This document shows positions 41,945 through 52,025 of a stretch of DNA of 58,023 nt, one piece after another; positions within the stretch are counted from its first letter, which is position 1; each line of letters starts with the position of its first letter. The notes beneath the pieces are model-generated. The model was not told the DNA's origin, did no database searches, and saw nothing but the letters and a program-made list of their open reading frames with translations. The stretch is from the NCBI GenBank assembly GCA_035436995.1, contig DAOMXG010000001.1:1-58023 (forward strand). The letters are read 5' to 3'. This DNA is from Beijerinckiaceae bacterium. GTDB taxonomy: Bacteria > Pseudomonadota > Alphaproteobacteria > Rhizobiales > Beijerinckiaceae. Made by a program: the position numbers and the translations under genes.

Positions 41945-42631
41945 ATGCGATCGAAAGGTTCTTCTCTCGTCCTCGTCACTTGTGCCCTATTCGCTGGCAA
42001 TGCACTTGCTCAGCAACAGGGGCCGCAGCCGAATGCCGGGATGAATTTTTTCATCTCATCTGCCAGCCTTGGCAAGGGTGGAGACCTCGGCGGTCTTGAA
42101 GGCGCCGACCGACATTGCCAGACCCTCGCCACTGCTGTCGGCCAGGGCTCAAAGACCTGGCGCGCCTATCTGTCGACCCAGGCCGCCGACGGCAAGCCCG
42201 CCGTCAACGCTCGCGACCGGATCGGCAAGGGGCCCTATCTGAACTTCAAGGGTGAGGAAATCGCCAAGGACATTGCTGGCCTGCATGATCCTGCGGCCAA
42301 CCGGATCAATATCGAGACCGGCCTGACAGAACGCGGCCAGAAGGTGATGGGCCGCGGCTTCCTGATCAACATGCATGACGTGCTGACCGGTTCGCAGACC
42401 GACGGCACCGCATTCCCTCCTGAAAAGGATATGACCTGCGGCAACTGGACCAAGAGTGGTGCCGGCGCTGCCATGGTTGGGCACCATGACCGTATCGGGT
42501 TGGATGATTCAGCCCCGGCCAAGAGCTGGAATGCCTCCCATCCTTCCCGCGGGTCCGAAGGCGGTTGCAGCATGGCCGACTTGCGTTCCACCGGCGGCGG
42601 CGGCCTGATCTATTGCTTTGCGGCCAACTGA
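41945..42631 (+). CDS. Secreted conserved hypothetical protein (Cys-containing, function unknown)
   Basis: Signal peptide MRSKGSSLVLVTCALFAGNALAQ, AGGGAG RBS, and Cys residues that could form disulfides (HC, TC, GC, YC). No motif that I can assign. Confidence 0.6.
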   Translation: MRSKGSSLVLVTCALFAGNALAQQQGPQPNAGMNFFISSASLGKGGDLGGLEGADRHCQTLATAVGQGSKTWRAYLSTQAADGKPAVNARDRIGKGPYLNFKGEEIAKDIAGLHDPAANRINIETGLTERGQKVMGRGFLINMHDVLTGSQTDGTAFPPEKDMTCGNWTKSGAGAAMVGHHDRIGLDDSAPAKSWNASHPSRGSEGGCSMADLRSTGGGGLIYCFAAN

Positions 42632-42656
42632 CCCCGAGCACCTGAAATCGAGACAG

Positions 42657-42689
42657 CCCGGAACGCAGCCCGCTGCCTTCCGGGTTTTG
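42657..42689. terminator. Intrinsic terminator between the secreted-protein gene and convergent hemJ
   Basis: CCCGGAA cgcagcccgctgcc TTCCGGG followed by TTTTGC. Confidence 0.7.
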
Positions 42690-42695
42690 CTTGCA

Positions 42696-43136
42696 TCAGA
42701 ACGGCTTGACAATCACCAGAATGACAACCGCGATCATCAGCACGGTCGGCACCTCATTCATGACCCGGTAAAAATACGCTGTCCGGACATTGCGATCTGC
42801 CTCGAAATCCTTGCGCCAGCGCGCCAGAAACCCGTGAAACCCTGACAGCAGAACAAAAACGATGGCAAGCTTGGCGTGCAGCCAGCCGCCTTTGAAGGCA
42901 AAGACGTACCAGGCCATCCACAATCCGGTCAGCCACGATACGATCATCGCCGGATTGATGATTGCTCGCAAAAGTCGCCGCTCCATGACCTTGAAGGTTT
43001 CCGATTGCTGCGAGCCCTTTGGAGCATCGACATGATAGACAAACAGTCGCGGCAGATAGAGCATTCCCGCCATCCAGGAGATCACTGCAATGACATGCAG
43101 GCTCTTGACCCACAGATAGGCCCCGTCAACCGTCAT
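42696..43136 (-). CDS. hemJ: Protoporphyrinogen IX oxidase HemJ (UPF0093/CopD-like)
   Basis: 146 aa with 4 TM helices and LWVKSLHVIAVISWMAGMLYLPRLFVYH. It overlaps the hemE stop. Confidence 0.85.
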   Translation of the reverse strand: MTVDGAYLWVKSLHVIAVISWMAGMLYLPRLFVYHVDAPKGSQQSETFKVMERRLLRAIINPAMIVSWLTGLWMAWYVFAFKGGWLHAKLAIVFVLLSGFHGFLARWRKDFEADRNVRTAYFYRVMNEVPTVLMIAVVILVIVKPF

Positions 43137-44191
43137 AGCTCACCTCTGACCTTCTGGACCAGCCGCTCCACATGGGCGATCGGGGTCTCCGGCAATATCC
43201 CGTGCCCCAGATTGAAGATATGCGCCCGACCGTCAACCGCTTCGAGAATCGCCTCGATGGCCCTGTCCAGAGCCGATCCGCCGGCAATCAGTGCGAACGG
43301 ATCGAGATTTCCTTGCGTGGTGACAGCAGGGTCCAAAGATCGAGCCACCGCGCCAAGATCAACCGCAGTATCAACCCCAACAGCATCAACGCCGGTGCGC
43401 TCGACAAACTCTCGCAGTTCGGTTGATGCTCCCCGCGGAAATCCGATGATCGGCGCTCCCGGAACCCGTGCCCGCACTTTCTTGACCAGCGCTTCCACTG
43501 GCTGGAGGCACCAGCGATCGAATTCCCAGCGTGGAAGAACCCCGGCCCAGCTGTCAAAGATCTGCACGCAATCGACACCAGCCTTGAACTGGGCAACCAG
43601 GTAGTCTGCGCTGGCATCGACCAATAGATCGATAAGCCGATGAAACGCTTCCGGATCCTTGTAGGCAAACATCCGCGCCGGCTTTTGATCCGGAGTGCCG
43701 CGCCCCGCGATCATATAGGTCGCGACTGTGAATGGTGCTCCACAAAAACCGATCAAGGCCTTGTCTGGTTCAAGTCCGGCACGAACCCGGCGCACAGTTT
43801 CAAACACCGGCGCCAGCCGTTCCAGATCAACCGATGATTTCAGCTCGGCCGATCCTCCAGCTGCGCGGATCGGATCCAGACGTGGGCCCTCCCCTTCGAC
43901 AAATCGCACCGTCTGTCCCAACGCATCGGGAATAACGAGAATATCCGAAAACAGGATCGCAGCATCAAAGCCAAACCGGCGGATCGGTTGCAGGGTTGCC
44001 TCAGCCGCCATGTCTGGCGAATAACAGAAATCGAGAAAAGACGGCGCCTTGGCGCGGATTGCCCGATACTCCGGCAGATATCGTCCTGCCTGCCGCATCA
44101 GCCACATGGGCGGGCGGGATCCGGGAATTCCCTTGAGCGCATCGAGAAATGGGCCGCGGCGATGGGCTCTTTCAAAGACAAAGGAAGACAA
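43133..44191 (-). CDS. hemE: Uroporphyrinogen decarboxylase
   Basis: PPMWLMRQAGRYLPEYR motif. The apparent start is TTG at 44191, and there is no in-frame ATG before the conserved motif. Confidence 0.92.
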   Translation of the reverse strand: MSSFVFERAHRRGPFLDALKGIPGSRPPMWLMRQAGRYLPEYRAIRAKAPSFLDFCYSPDMAAEATLQPIRRFGFDAAILFSDILVIPDALGQTVRFVEGEGPRLDPIRAAGGSAELKSSVDLERLAPVFETVRRVRAGLEPDKALIGFCGAPFTVATYMIAGRGTPDQKPARMFAYKDPEAFHRLIDLLVDASADYLVAQFKAGVDCVQIFDSWAGVLPRWEFDRWCLQPVEALVKKVRARVPGAPIIGFPRGASTELREFVERTGVDAVGVDTAVDLGAVARSLDPAVTTQGNLDPFALIAGGSALDRAIEAILEAVDGRAHIFNLGHGILPETPIAHVERLVQKVRGEL

Positions 44192-44558
44192 GGGAAGAGA
44201 CTCTTCTGTTTGTTGCGACTCTTAGATCAGACCGAAATGATGACAGTAAGTCATCCACAGCCTATCCCCAATTTTTGTGCGGATCGCTTGATGTCGCACA
44301 CTCGCCGTTTTTACCGGTTCGTGCGGTCCTTTTCGATCACAATCGATGGAAAGTCTAGTCATCCGCAGCAGATGGCGAGCCACCGATTCCTTTTACCCAT
44401 TCCTCACACCAGACATCTCCCGTTGGCCTAGCTGTGGACAAAGGCGGCAGGAAATCCACCGCCATCAACACGGCTTGGCATAATCCGAGGCTGGCATCGC
44501 TTGGAGAGCTCGGTTACACAGGGCTGTCCACAGGGACAATTTCGCTGGCGGTTGGGAT
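44192..44558. other. Candidate chromosomal replication origin (oriC) with DnaA-box-like 9-mers
   Basis: The boxes are TCATCCACA (44251-44259), TCATCCGCA (44359-44367), TGTGGACAA, the reverse complement of TTGTCCACA (44433-44441), and CTGTCCACA (44524-44532). G+C is locally lower. The location beside hemE matches mapped alphaproteobacterial origins, and the flanking gene strand bias flips here. Confidence 0.7.
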
Positions 44559-45389
44559 ATGGGACGCAGCTTTTTTCATCTTCATCTCGTCTCGGACTCG
44601 ACCGGAGAAACCCTGCTGGCGGTCAGCCGCGCGGCATCCGCCCAGTATCAAGGCATTTCGGCGATCGAGCATATCTATCCGCTGGTGCGCAATTCCAACC
44701 AGCTTGACCGCGTGCTCCAGCAGATCGACCTGACCCCTGGGATTGTTCTGTACACACTGGTTGATCGGTCGATTGCCGAACGTCTCGAACACGCCTGCCG
44801 CGAATCCGGCTGCCCCTGTCTGTCGGTACTCGAGCCGGTGCATTCGCTGTTCCAGTCGTATCTGGGAATTGGAACGACACCTCGGCCCGGTGCCCAGCAT
44901 ATGCTCAACGCCGAATACTTCCGCCGGATCGATGCGCTCAATTTCACGATGATGCACGATGATGGCCAGCTGACCGACGGGATCGAACAGGCCGATGTCA
45001 TCCTGGTCGGCGTCAGCCGGACGTCAAAGACGCCGACGAGCATCTATCTTGCCAATCGCGGCATCAAGACTGCCAATGTCCCGATGGTTCCGGGAATCCC
45101 GCTTCCGGACATCTTGTCCAGTCTTGAACGACCGCTGATTGTCGGCCTTGTCGCCAGTCCGGAGCGCATCGTGCAGATCCGGCAGAACCGCCTGCTGTCG
45201 CTCAATGCCGGCGATGACACGGCCTATGTCGACCGCTCATCGGTCGCCGAGGAACTGGCCTATTCGCGCCGCCTGTTCGACAAGTACAACTGGCCGATCA
45301 TCGACGTCAGCCGGCGCTCGATCGAGGAAACCGCTGCTGCGATCCTCGATCTCTATCACAAGCGCCGCGAACAGATGATTCCAGAATGA
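44559..45389 (+). CDS. Pyruvate, phosphate/water dikinase regulatory protein (PpsR/DUF299 family kinase-phosphorylase)
   Basis: [15 protein letters not shown]-terminus and P-loop [11 protein letters not shown]. Confidence 0.88.
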   Translation: MGRSFFHLHLVSDSTGETLLAVSRAASAQYQGISAIEHIYPLVRNSNQLDRVLQQIDLTPGIVLYTLVDRSIAERLEHACRESGCPCLSVLEPVHSLFQSYLGIGTTPRPGAQHMLNAEYFRRIDALNFTMMHDDGQLTDGIEQADVILVGVSRTSKTPTSIYLANRGIKTANVPMVPGIPLPDILSSLERPLIVGLVASPERIVQIRQNRLLSLNAGDDTAYVDRSSVAEELAYSRRLFDKYNWPIIDVSRRSIEETAAAILDLYHKRREQMIPE

Positions 45390-46009
45390 ACACCGCGCCG
45401 GGCAGTCTCTGGCAGGCCGATGCGCCTCTGGTTCTGGCCTCCGCAAGTGCCGTCCGCCGCGCCTTGCTGGAGGCTGTCGGCGTGCCCTTTGTGGCTCAAC
45501 CGGCTCGGATCGACGAGCGCGCCCTTGAAGCGGCAAGCAAGAGCCGTGATCCCGTCGAGCTTGCCCGATTGCTCGCCGACGCCAAGGCCCTGGCGGTCAG
45601 TCAAGACATGCCGAACCGCTATGTTCTGGGCGCGGACCAGACGTTGTCGATTGCCGGCGGCATGCTGCACAAACCCGGCTCGCGCCGCGCAGCTGTCGAT
45701 CAGCTGATGCGCCTGTCCGGTGCGCGTCACCGCCTGCATGCGGGGTTGGCACTGGCCATCAACGGTCATGTGATCTGGCACCATGTCGAGACGGCCAGTC
45801 TGACGATGCGACCGCTCTCGGCGGCTTTTGTCCACGCCTATCTGGAAGCTGCGGGCGATCCCGTGCTGGCAAGTGTCGGTGTCTATCAGATCGAGGCGCT
45901 CGGCATGCATCTGTTCGAGGCCATCGAGGGCGATCATTCCACCATCATGGGCCTGCCGCTGATGCCGCTGCTTGGCCGGCTGCGCATGATGGGGCTGGTT
46001 CTGGAGTGA
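45386..46009 (+). CDS. maf: Maf-like nucleoside-triphosphate pyrophosphatase
   Basis: [15 protein letters not shown]...GADQ... and GAYGIQ-like VGVYQIE motifs; overlaps the upstream stop. Confidence 0.85.
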   Translation: MNTAPGSLWQADAPLVLASASAVRRALLEAVGVPFVAQPARIDERALEAASKSRDPVELARLLADAKALAVSQDMPNRYVLGADQTLSIAGGMLHKPGSRRAAVDQLMRLSGARHRLHAGLALAINGHVIWHHVETASLTMRPLSAAFVHAYLEAAGDPVLASVGVYQIEALGMHLFEAIEGDHSTIMGLPLMPLLGRLRMMGLVLE

Positions 46010-46014
46010 ACGCC

Positions 46015-46638
46015 ATGCTGGTGCTCGGATTGACCGGCTCGATCGGGATGGGAAAGTCGACGACAGCGACGCTGTTTGGCGCCGCCGGCGTTCCTGTTCA
46101 TGATGCTGATGCAACAGTGCACAAGCTGTATCGCGGGCGGGCGGCGCCGCTCATTGAGGCGAGATTTCCCGGTTCAACCAACTCCGGCGTAGTCCAGCGC
46201 GACCGGCTGGCCGCTGCCGTCCTTGGCCGGCCGGCCGAGATCGAAGCGCTTGAGGCGATCGTCCATCCGCTGGTGCGGGAAGAAGAGATCGCCTTTCTGA
46301 CTGCGGCACGGGCGCGGGCAGCGCGTCTTGTCGTACTCGACATTCCGCTCCTGTTCGAGACGGGCGCCGAGGCGCGTGTCGACGCAATCCTGGTCGTGAC
46401 AGCCCCGGATTCTGTGCAGAAAGCCAGGGTTCTGGCCCGGCCGGGCATGACGGCTGATAAATTTGCCGCCATACTTGCCCGCCAGATACCGGACAAGGAA
46501 AAACGCCGCCGCAGCCATGCGCTGATCGATACGTCATTCGGCCTTGATGCGGCGCGCCGGGATGTAGAGGCCCTGTTGAGGGCATTGGCTGGCCATCCGG
46601 GTCGACGGCTCGTCGGGCCGGCAGTGACTTCTGGATGA
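46015..46638 (+). CDS. coaE: Dephospho-CoA kinase
   Basis: [17 protein letters not shown]-loop. The alternative GTG start at 46006 overlaps the maf stop. Confidence 0.9.
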   Translation: MLVLGLTGSIGMGKSTTATLFGAAGVPVHDADATVHKLYRGRAAPLIEARFPGSTNSGVVQRDRLAAAVLGRPAEIEALEAIVHPLVREEEIAFLTAARARAARLVVLDIPLLFETGAEARVDAILVVTAPDSVQKARVLARPGMTADKFAAILARQIPDKEKRRRSHALIDTSFGLDAARRDVEALLRALAGHPGRRLVGPAVTSG

Positions 46639-47366
46639 GGCAGGGTATGCGCGAGATCATTCTCGACACCGAAACGACCGGTCTTGATCCGCGGTCCGGG
46701 CACCGGATCGTCGAAATCGGCTGTGTCGAATGCATCGACCAGTTTCTGACCGGCCGGACCTTCCATCACTATGTCAACCCTGAACGATCGATGCCTCCGG
46801 ATGCCTTTGCGGTGCATGGATTGTCGGACGGTTTTCTCAAGGACAAGCCGGTATTTGCCGATATTGCCGATGCCTTCGTCGAATTTCTCGGCGAGGCACG
46901 GCTGGTGATCCACAATGCCGGTTTTGATCTCGGCTTTCTCAATCATGAATTGGCGCGCTGCGGTCGTCCGCTGATCGGATCCGATCGCATCGTCGATACG
47001 TTGCTGCTCGCCCGGCGCAAACATCCCGGCCAGTCCAATTCGCTCGACGCCCTTTGCCAGCGCTATGGGATCGACAACAGTCGCCGCACCAAACATGGCG
47101 CGTTGATGGATGCCGAGATCCTCGCCGAAGTCTACGCCGAACTCAGTGGCGGGCGCCAGCGCAGCCTCGGCCTGGCCATAGCCGAGACCGTTGAGACAAA
47201 TGTTGTCGCGATTGTGCCAGGACAGGCCTACCAGCCCCCCCCTCCCCTGTTAGGGGAGGCTGAACGCGCCGCTCATCGCGCCCTGGTCGAAAGCCTCGGC
47301 GGCAAGGCCTTGTGGCGCGACTATCTGGGGCTCGATGCGAACCAGGACCGCCCGCCGAAAGCCTGA
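46635..47366 (+). CDS. dnaQ: DNA polymerase III subunit epsilon (3'-5' exonuclease)
   Basis: Exo [14 protein letters not shown], Exo [12 protein letters not shown] and Exo [13 protein letters not shown] motifs. Confidence 0.93.
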   Translation: MRQGMREIILDTETTGLDPRSGHRIVEIGCVECIDQFLTGRTFHHYVNPERSMPPDAFAVHGLSDGFLKDKPVFADIADAFVEFLGEARLVIHNAGFDLGFLNHELARCGRPLIGSDRIVDTLLLARRKHPGQSNSLDALCQRYGIDNSRRTKHGALMDAEILAEVYAELSGGRQRSLGLAIAETVETNVVAIVPGQAYQPPPPLLGEAERAAHRALVESLGGKALWRDYLGLDANQDRPPKA

Positions 47367-47368
47367 CC

Positions 47369-47863
47369 TCAGGATGGCTTGACCGGCGGCTGGCCCTGCT
47401 GCGACTGCAATTCCGCGACGCGCTGCTGATAAAGCGCCAGAAAATCGATCGGATCCATGTAAAGCGGCGGGAAGCCGCCATCGCGCACGGCATTGGCAAC
47501 GATCTGCCGGGCGAAGGGGAACAGCAGCCGCGGACATTCGACCATCAGCACTCCGCCAATGTGTTCCTGCGGAATGTTGCGCAGGCGGAAGACGCCGCCA
47601 TAGTTGAGTTCAAACGAGAACAGCAGGTTCGGTTTGGTCCCGGCCGAACCTTCGAGCTTCAGCTCGACCTCGTAATCGTCACCGCCGATTGGCTGTGCGT
47701 TGACATTGACCTGGATCTGGATGTTGGGGGCCGACCCGTCCTGATTGGTGAGTGAGCGCGGCGCCCGCGGATTTTCGAATGACAGGTCCTTGATGTACTG
47801 GGCAAGCGCATTGAGTTGAGGAGCAGTGTCCTCGGTCTGGCCGGCATTGGGAGTCTGGCTCAT
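47369..47863 (-). CDS. secB: Protein-export chaperone SecB
   Basis: 164 aa with [16 protein letters not shown]...[10 protein letters not shown]. Confidence 0.92.
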   Translation of the reverse strand: MSQTPNAGQTEDTAPQLNALAQYIKDLSFENPRAPRSLTNQDGSAPNIQIQVNVNAQPIGGDDYEVELKLEGSAGTKPNLLFSFELNYGGVFRLRNIPQEHIGGVLMVECPRLLFPFARQIVANAVRDGGFPPLYMDPIDFLALYQQRVAELQSQQGQPPVKPS

Positions 47864-47918
47864 CGAAAAATCCTCAATCTGTCGATCGGGATCGGCTTAC
47901 ACGGAACCGCGCCATCCC

Positions 47919-48392
47919 TCAAGGCAGAACCTTGCCGGATTGAACGGCCGGTGCGCGTCGCCGGCTTCGCGAAGAGACCTCACGCCACTCATTTGGTTCG
48001 AGCGTGATGGTGCCCTCTGCTCCGCTCGCGTGTTGTTTGCGACGGAAACGGTTCATCACCCAGTTGCGCACCGAGGGCGAGAACAGGGCGAGCCCGGCGA
48101 CGGTCGTCAGCATACCGGGTAGAAAAATCAGCAACGCCCCAAGAGCTGCAAATCCCGTGCTGCCAAGTCCGCCAAGCCCCCGGGTCAATACCGCCTTGGG
48201 CAGCCCAGACAGCACCGAACGCAGATGGGCCAACAGCAGCATGCCGCCCAAAATCCCCTTGAGCGCCAGAGCGGCAAGTGTCGGCAACACACCGAACGTT
48301 CCGGTGGCCAGCCAGAACAGCACGACCTCGACAACGAACCACAGGATAAGGGCCCAGCCGATCTTCGACCCTGACCACCGAACTATCCGCAT
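47919..48392 (-). CDS. fxsA: FxsA-family inner-membrane protein
   Basis: Small 3-4 TM protein with a basic C-terminus; its position next to secB is as in other Rhizobiales. Confidence 0.65.
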   Translation of the reverse strand: MRIVRWSGSKIGWALILWFVVEVVLFWLATGTFGVLPTLAALALKGILGGMLLLAHLRSVLSGLPKAVLTRGLGGLGSTGFAALGALLIFLPGMLTTVAGLALFSPSVRNWVMNRFRRKQHASGAEGTITLEPNEWREVSSRSRRRAPAVQSGKVLP

Positions 48393-48506
48393 AACCCTAT
48401 CTCTCGTTTGCCTGAACGGATGCACCTATATAAGGATGGAACCCCTGACTCGCGAGGACGGTGTTGACCGTTTCCGCCTGAACCGATGCTGAGAGGCAAC
48501 GATTCG

Positions 48507-49235
48507 ATGAACGATTTTCTCGACATCTACACCATCGTTTTCATCGCGCTGGCGATCTTTGTCATTCTCCGTCTCAAATCGGTGCTGGGAGAGCGCACGG
48601 GCAATGAACGCCCGCCTTTTGATCCGTTTCAACGGCCAATGCCGCCGAAGCCGGACGATGGCGGCAATGTCGTGCCCCTTCCCACAGCCGCCCGCCCGGC
48701 ACCAGCGCCGGCACCGATCCCTGCCGCAGTGGCTGCCGAGGCGCCGGCGGACAAGCTCAAGGGGATTGCCGAACCCTCCTCGGAACTGGGCACCAATCTG
48801 ATTCGCGTCATGGATGCAGAGCCGCTGTTCGAGCCCAAATCGTTTCTCATGGGGGCCCGGGCTGCCTATGAGATGATTGTTCTGGCATTTGCCCGCGGAG
48901 ACCGGCGGTCCCTCAAGGACCTGCTGTCAAAAGACGTCTTTGAGGGTTTTTCTGCCGCGATCAGCGAACGCGAGGCGCGTGGCGAGAAGGTCGAGACAAC
49001 CTTTGTCTCCATCGACAAATCCGATCTCACCGATGCCTCGTTCAAGGGCGGCACCGTTTCGGTGACGGTGCGGTTTGTCTCCAAGATGATCACGGCAACC
49101 CGCGACGCTGCGGGGGCCGTCATCGACGGAAATCCCGAAAAGATCGTCGATCTCGTCGATGTCTGGACGTTCTCGCGCGAGGCTGGCGCCCGCGATCCCA
49201 ACTGGCGCCTGGTCTCCACCCAGTCCGACGCGTGA
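48507..49235 (+). CDS. Tim44-like domain membrane protein
   Basis: An N-terminal TM helix, a Pro-rich linker and a C-terminal Tim44-like fold (VWTFSRE...DPNWRLV). Confidence 0.72.
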   Translation: MNDFLDIYTIVFIALAIFVILRLKSVLGERTGNERPPFDPFQRPMPPKPDDGGNVVPLPTAARPAPAPAPIPAAVAAEAPADKLKGIAEPSSELGTNLIRVMDAEPLFEPKSFLMGARAAYEMIVLAFARGDRRSLKDLLSKDVFEGFSAAISEREARGEKVETTFVSIDKSDLTDASFKGGTVSVTVRFVSKMITATRDAAGAVIDGNPEKIVDLVDVWTFSREAGARDPNWRLVSTQSDA

Positions 49236-50404
49236 CCTGCGATGACCGGTTTATCGGCGCTGCGTTCGGCTTGGCCGGATGGCTGGCAGTGACCGCTGCG
49301 CCGGCGTCCGGCCCGCCTGTGATTGCCGGCGCTCGGCTCGAGTCGGTCTCGTATTCGGCGCTTGACGGCTGGCAGGACGATGACCATGCCGCCGCCTTCG
49401 CGGCCTTCCGCCTGTCGTGCCGTGCCATTGTCGAAGCGGCTCCCGAATTGCGGCTGGCGCAACCTGCTCCGCCCGCGCTTGTTGCGGCCTGCCGAGAAGG
49501 CTTGGCTCTTGACAGCCAGGATGCTGCGGCCGCACGACAGTTTTTCGAGACAAGATTCCAGCCGTGGCGCGTTCGCGCGGATGGCGGCGCCAGCCTTCTG
49601 ACCGGATATTTTGAGCCGGAAGTGGCAGGCGCGATGACGCCAGGACAGGACTTCAAGGCCCCAGTTCTGGGCCGCCCACCCGATCTGGTCACACTCCAGC
49701 CAGGCAATTTTGATGAAGCCCTGCCGCCGGGACTGACGTCAGCGCGCCGGACGTCAGCGGGGCTTGAACCTTTTCCGGATCGTTCGGCCATTCTCGATGG
49801 CGCCTTGGCTGGCCAGGGGCTCGAACGGCTGTATCTGAAGGACGCGGTCGAGGTTTTTATCGTCCAGGTACAAGGTTCGGCCCGGGTGCGCCTGGCCGAC
49901 GGGCGGCAGCTGCGACTGACCTATGCCGGGCGAAACGGGCACCCCTACACGTCGATCGGCCGGGCACTGATCGCCCAGGGATCAATCGCACCCGCCGAAA
50001 TGTCGCTGGAGCGCCTGACTTCCTGGCTGCGCGCCAATCCGGAGGCTGGCGATCGCATCATGCGGCTCAATCGGTCCTATGTGTTCTTCGAAGTGTCCGA
50101 GGTCGATGATCCCGCCCGCGGACCTATTGGCGGCGCCGGAATCGCCTTGACAGCCGGGCGCAGTCTGGCGGTGGATCGCAACCTCTGGCCGTATGGGGTT
50201 CCGATCTTCATCGGAGCCGATCTTGATACCCTGGCCCCGCCCCTCGACCGACAGCGGCGTTTGATGATTGCCCAGGATACCGGTTCGGCCATTGTCGGCC
50301 CGGCGCGCGCCGATTTCTTCTGGGGCTCGGGCAACGAGGCTGGCCGCCGGGCCGGCTGGACTCGCCATCCGCTCGATTTTGTGGTCCTCTGGACGCGATC
50401 ATGA
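49232..50404 (+). CDS. mltA: Murein transglycosylase A (MltA family)
   Basis: The GYFEP motif, an MltA-specific insert and a C-terminal 3D-domain (IAQDTGSAIVGPARADFFWG) are present. The GTG start overlaps the upstream stop. Confidence 0.82.
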   Translation: MTCDDRFIGAAFGLAGWLAVTAAPASGPPVIAGARLESVSYSALDGWQDDDHAAAFAAFRLSCRAIVEAAPELRLAQPAPPALVAACREGLALDSQDAAAARQFFETRFQPWRVRADGGASLLTGYFEPEVAGAMTPGQDFKAPVLGRPPDLVTLQPGNFDEALPPGLTSARRTSAGLEPFPDRSAILDGALAGQGLERLYLKDAVEVFIVQVQGSARVRLADGRQLRLTYAGRNGHPYTSIGRALIAQGSIAPAEMSLERLTSWLRANPEAGDRIMRLNRSYVFFEVSEVDDPARGPIGGAGIALTAGRSLAVDRNLWPYGVPIFIGADLDTLAPPLDRQRRLMIAQDTGSAIVGPARADFFWGSGNEAGRRAGWTRHPLDFVVLWTRS

Positions 50405-50955
50405 CCGGCCGCCACCCGCCACGACGTGGCTATCTGACCCGCGAGGATATGCAGCTCTGGGCCCATGTAACCCAGACGGTCAAGCCGTTCCGTGGCCGCT
50501 CGGCGTTCGTCCTGCCGGCCGATCTGGTCGAGACGGCACCGGTCAAGGTCACACCGCCGGTTGCCGAACCTGCCCCGCCGGCGCCCGTTCGCTTCCTGCC
50601 TCCGCTGCAGCCGCTCGACCGGCGCCTGAAACAACGTTTGACCAGAGGCCGCAAGGACATCGACGGGGTAATCGATCTGCACGGCATGCGACAGGCCGAG
50701 GCCCATGGCGCCCTGATCGACTTCATCCACCGCGCCCATCGCGAACACCGCTCACTGGTGCTGGTCATTACCGGCAAAGGCAGCACGGAAGGCATGTCCC
50801 TGGAAGGGCGCGGCGTGCTCAACCGGTTGGTTCCGCATTGGCTGACCGATCCAGCCATCCGCCGCCAGATCATCGGGTTTGAACCTGCCGGCCGCAGCCA
50901 TGGCGGCTCGGGTGCGCTCTATGTCCGCATCCGCAAATCGCGCCCGCCGGCTTGA
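50401..50955 (+). CDS. Smr-domain protein
   Basis: C-terminal Smr domain IDLHGMRQAEAH...LVITGKG. Confidence 0.82.
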   Translation: MTGRHPPRRGYLTREDMQLWAHVTQTVKPFRGRSAFVLPADLVETAPVKVTPPVAEPAPPAPVRFLPPLQPLDRRLKQRLTRGRKDIDGVIDLHGMRQAEAHGALIDFIHRAHREHRSLVLVITGKGSTEGMSLEGRGVLNRLVPHWLTDPAIRRQIIGFEPAGRSHGGSGALYVRIRKSRPPA

Positions 50956-51007
50956 CCTGCTGCCAAGCTTCGTTCAGGGGAGCCGGACATAAATCAGGAC
51001 CTCCGGC

Positions 51008-52006
51008 ATGATCAAGACCCGCTACGACCTTCTGTGCATCGGCAATGCGATTGTCGATGTGATCGCTCATGCCGAAGAGACCTTTCTGCGCCGCTTTGGC
51101 GTTGCAAAGGGCTCGATGACGTTGATTGACGCGCATCTGGCCGAAACACTCTATGCGGCGATGGGGCCCGCCACCATCGTATCCGGCGGATCGGCGGCGA
51201 ATACGGCGGTTGGTGCCGGTTCCCTTGGCGGTCGGGCAGCCTATATCGGCAAGATCCGGCAGGATTCGGTCGGTGATATCTTTGCCCATGACATCAGAGC
51301 CAGTGGCGTCAGCTTCGACACGCAACGCGCCGAAGACGGGCCGCCTACTGCGCGCAGCTTCATTCTGGTGACGCCGGATGGCGAGCGCACCATGTGCACC
51401 TATCTTGGTGCCTGCCAGAATCTTACCGAGGCCGACATCGACCAAGCCACGGTCAAGGCGGCTTCGATTACCTATCTCGAAGGCTATCTGTGGGATCCGC
51501 CGGCGGCCAAGGCGGCTTTTCGCAAGGCCGCGGCAATCGCCCACTCCGTCGGCCGCGACGTGGCGCTGACCCTGTCCGATTCATTCTGCGTCGATCGCTA
51601 CCGCGACGAATTTCTCGACCTGATCCGTTCCGGCACCGTCGATCTTCTGTTTGCCAATGAGCACGAACTGAAATCGCTCTACCAGACAGCTGATTTCAAT
51701 ACGGCCTTGTCAGCCGTCAGGGCGCAGGCCCGGCGCGCAGTGGTGACCCGGTCGGCAAAGGGAGCGCTTGCGGTTGCAGGTTCGGAAACGGCCGAGGTTG
51801 CCGCCTGTCCGATCGACAATCTTGTCGATACCACCGGTGCGGGCGATCTGTTCGCCGCAGGCTTCCTCTTTGGATCGACAGCCGGCTACAAGCCGGAAGC
51901 CTGTCTTCGCCTGGGTGCCCTGGCGGCCAGTCACGTCATCCAGACTCTCGGCGCACGGCCGCAGGTCTCTCTGCGTCAGCTCGCCATCGACAATGGGCTG
52001 ATCTGA
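51008..52006 (+). CDS. PfkB-family carbohydrate/adenosine kinase
   Basis: DLLCIGNAIVDV N-terminus and the DTTGAGDLFAAGFL ATP-binding motif. Confidence 0.85.
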   Translation: MIKTRYDLLCIGNAIVDVIAHAEETFLRRFGVAKGSMTLIDAHLAETLYAAMGPATIVSGGSAANTAVGAGSLGGRAAYIGKIRQDSVGDIFAHDIRASGVSFDTQRAEDGPPTARSFILVTPDGERTMCTYLGACQNLTEADIDQATVKAASITYLEGYLWDPPAAKAAFRKAAAIAHSVGRDVALTLSDSFCVDRYRDEFLDLIRSGTVDLLFANEHELKSLYQTADFNTALSAVRAQARRAVVTRSAKGALAVAGSETAEVAACPIDNLVDTTGAGDLFAAGFLFGSTAGYKPEACLRLGALAASHVIQTLGARPQVSLRQLAIDNGLI

Positions 52007-52025
52007 GCGCAGGGGCCGGAGCCGG

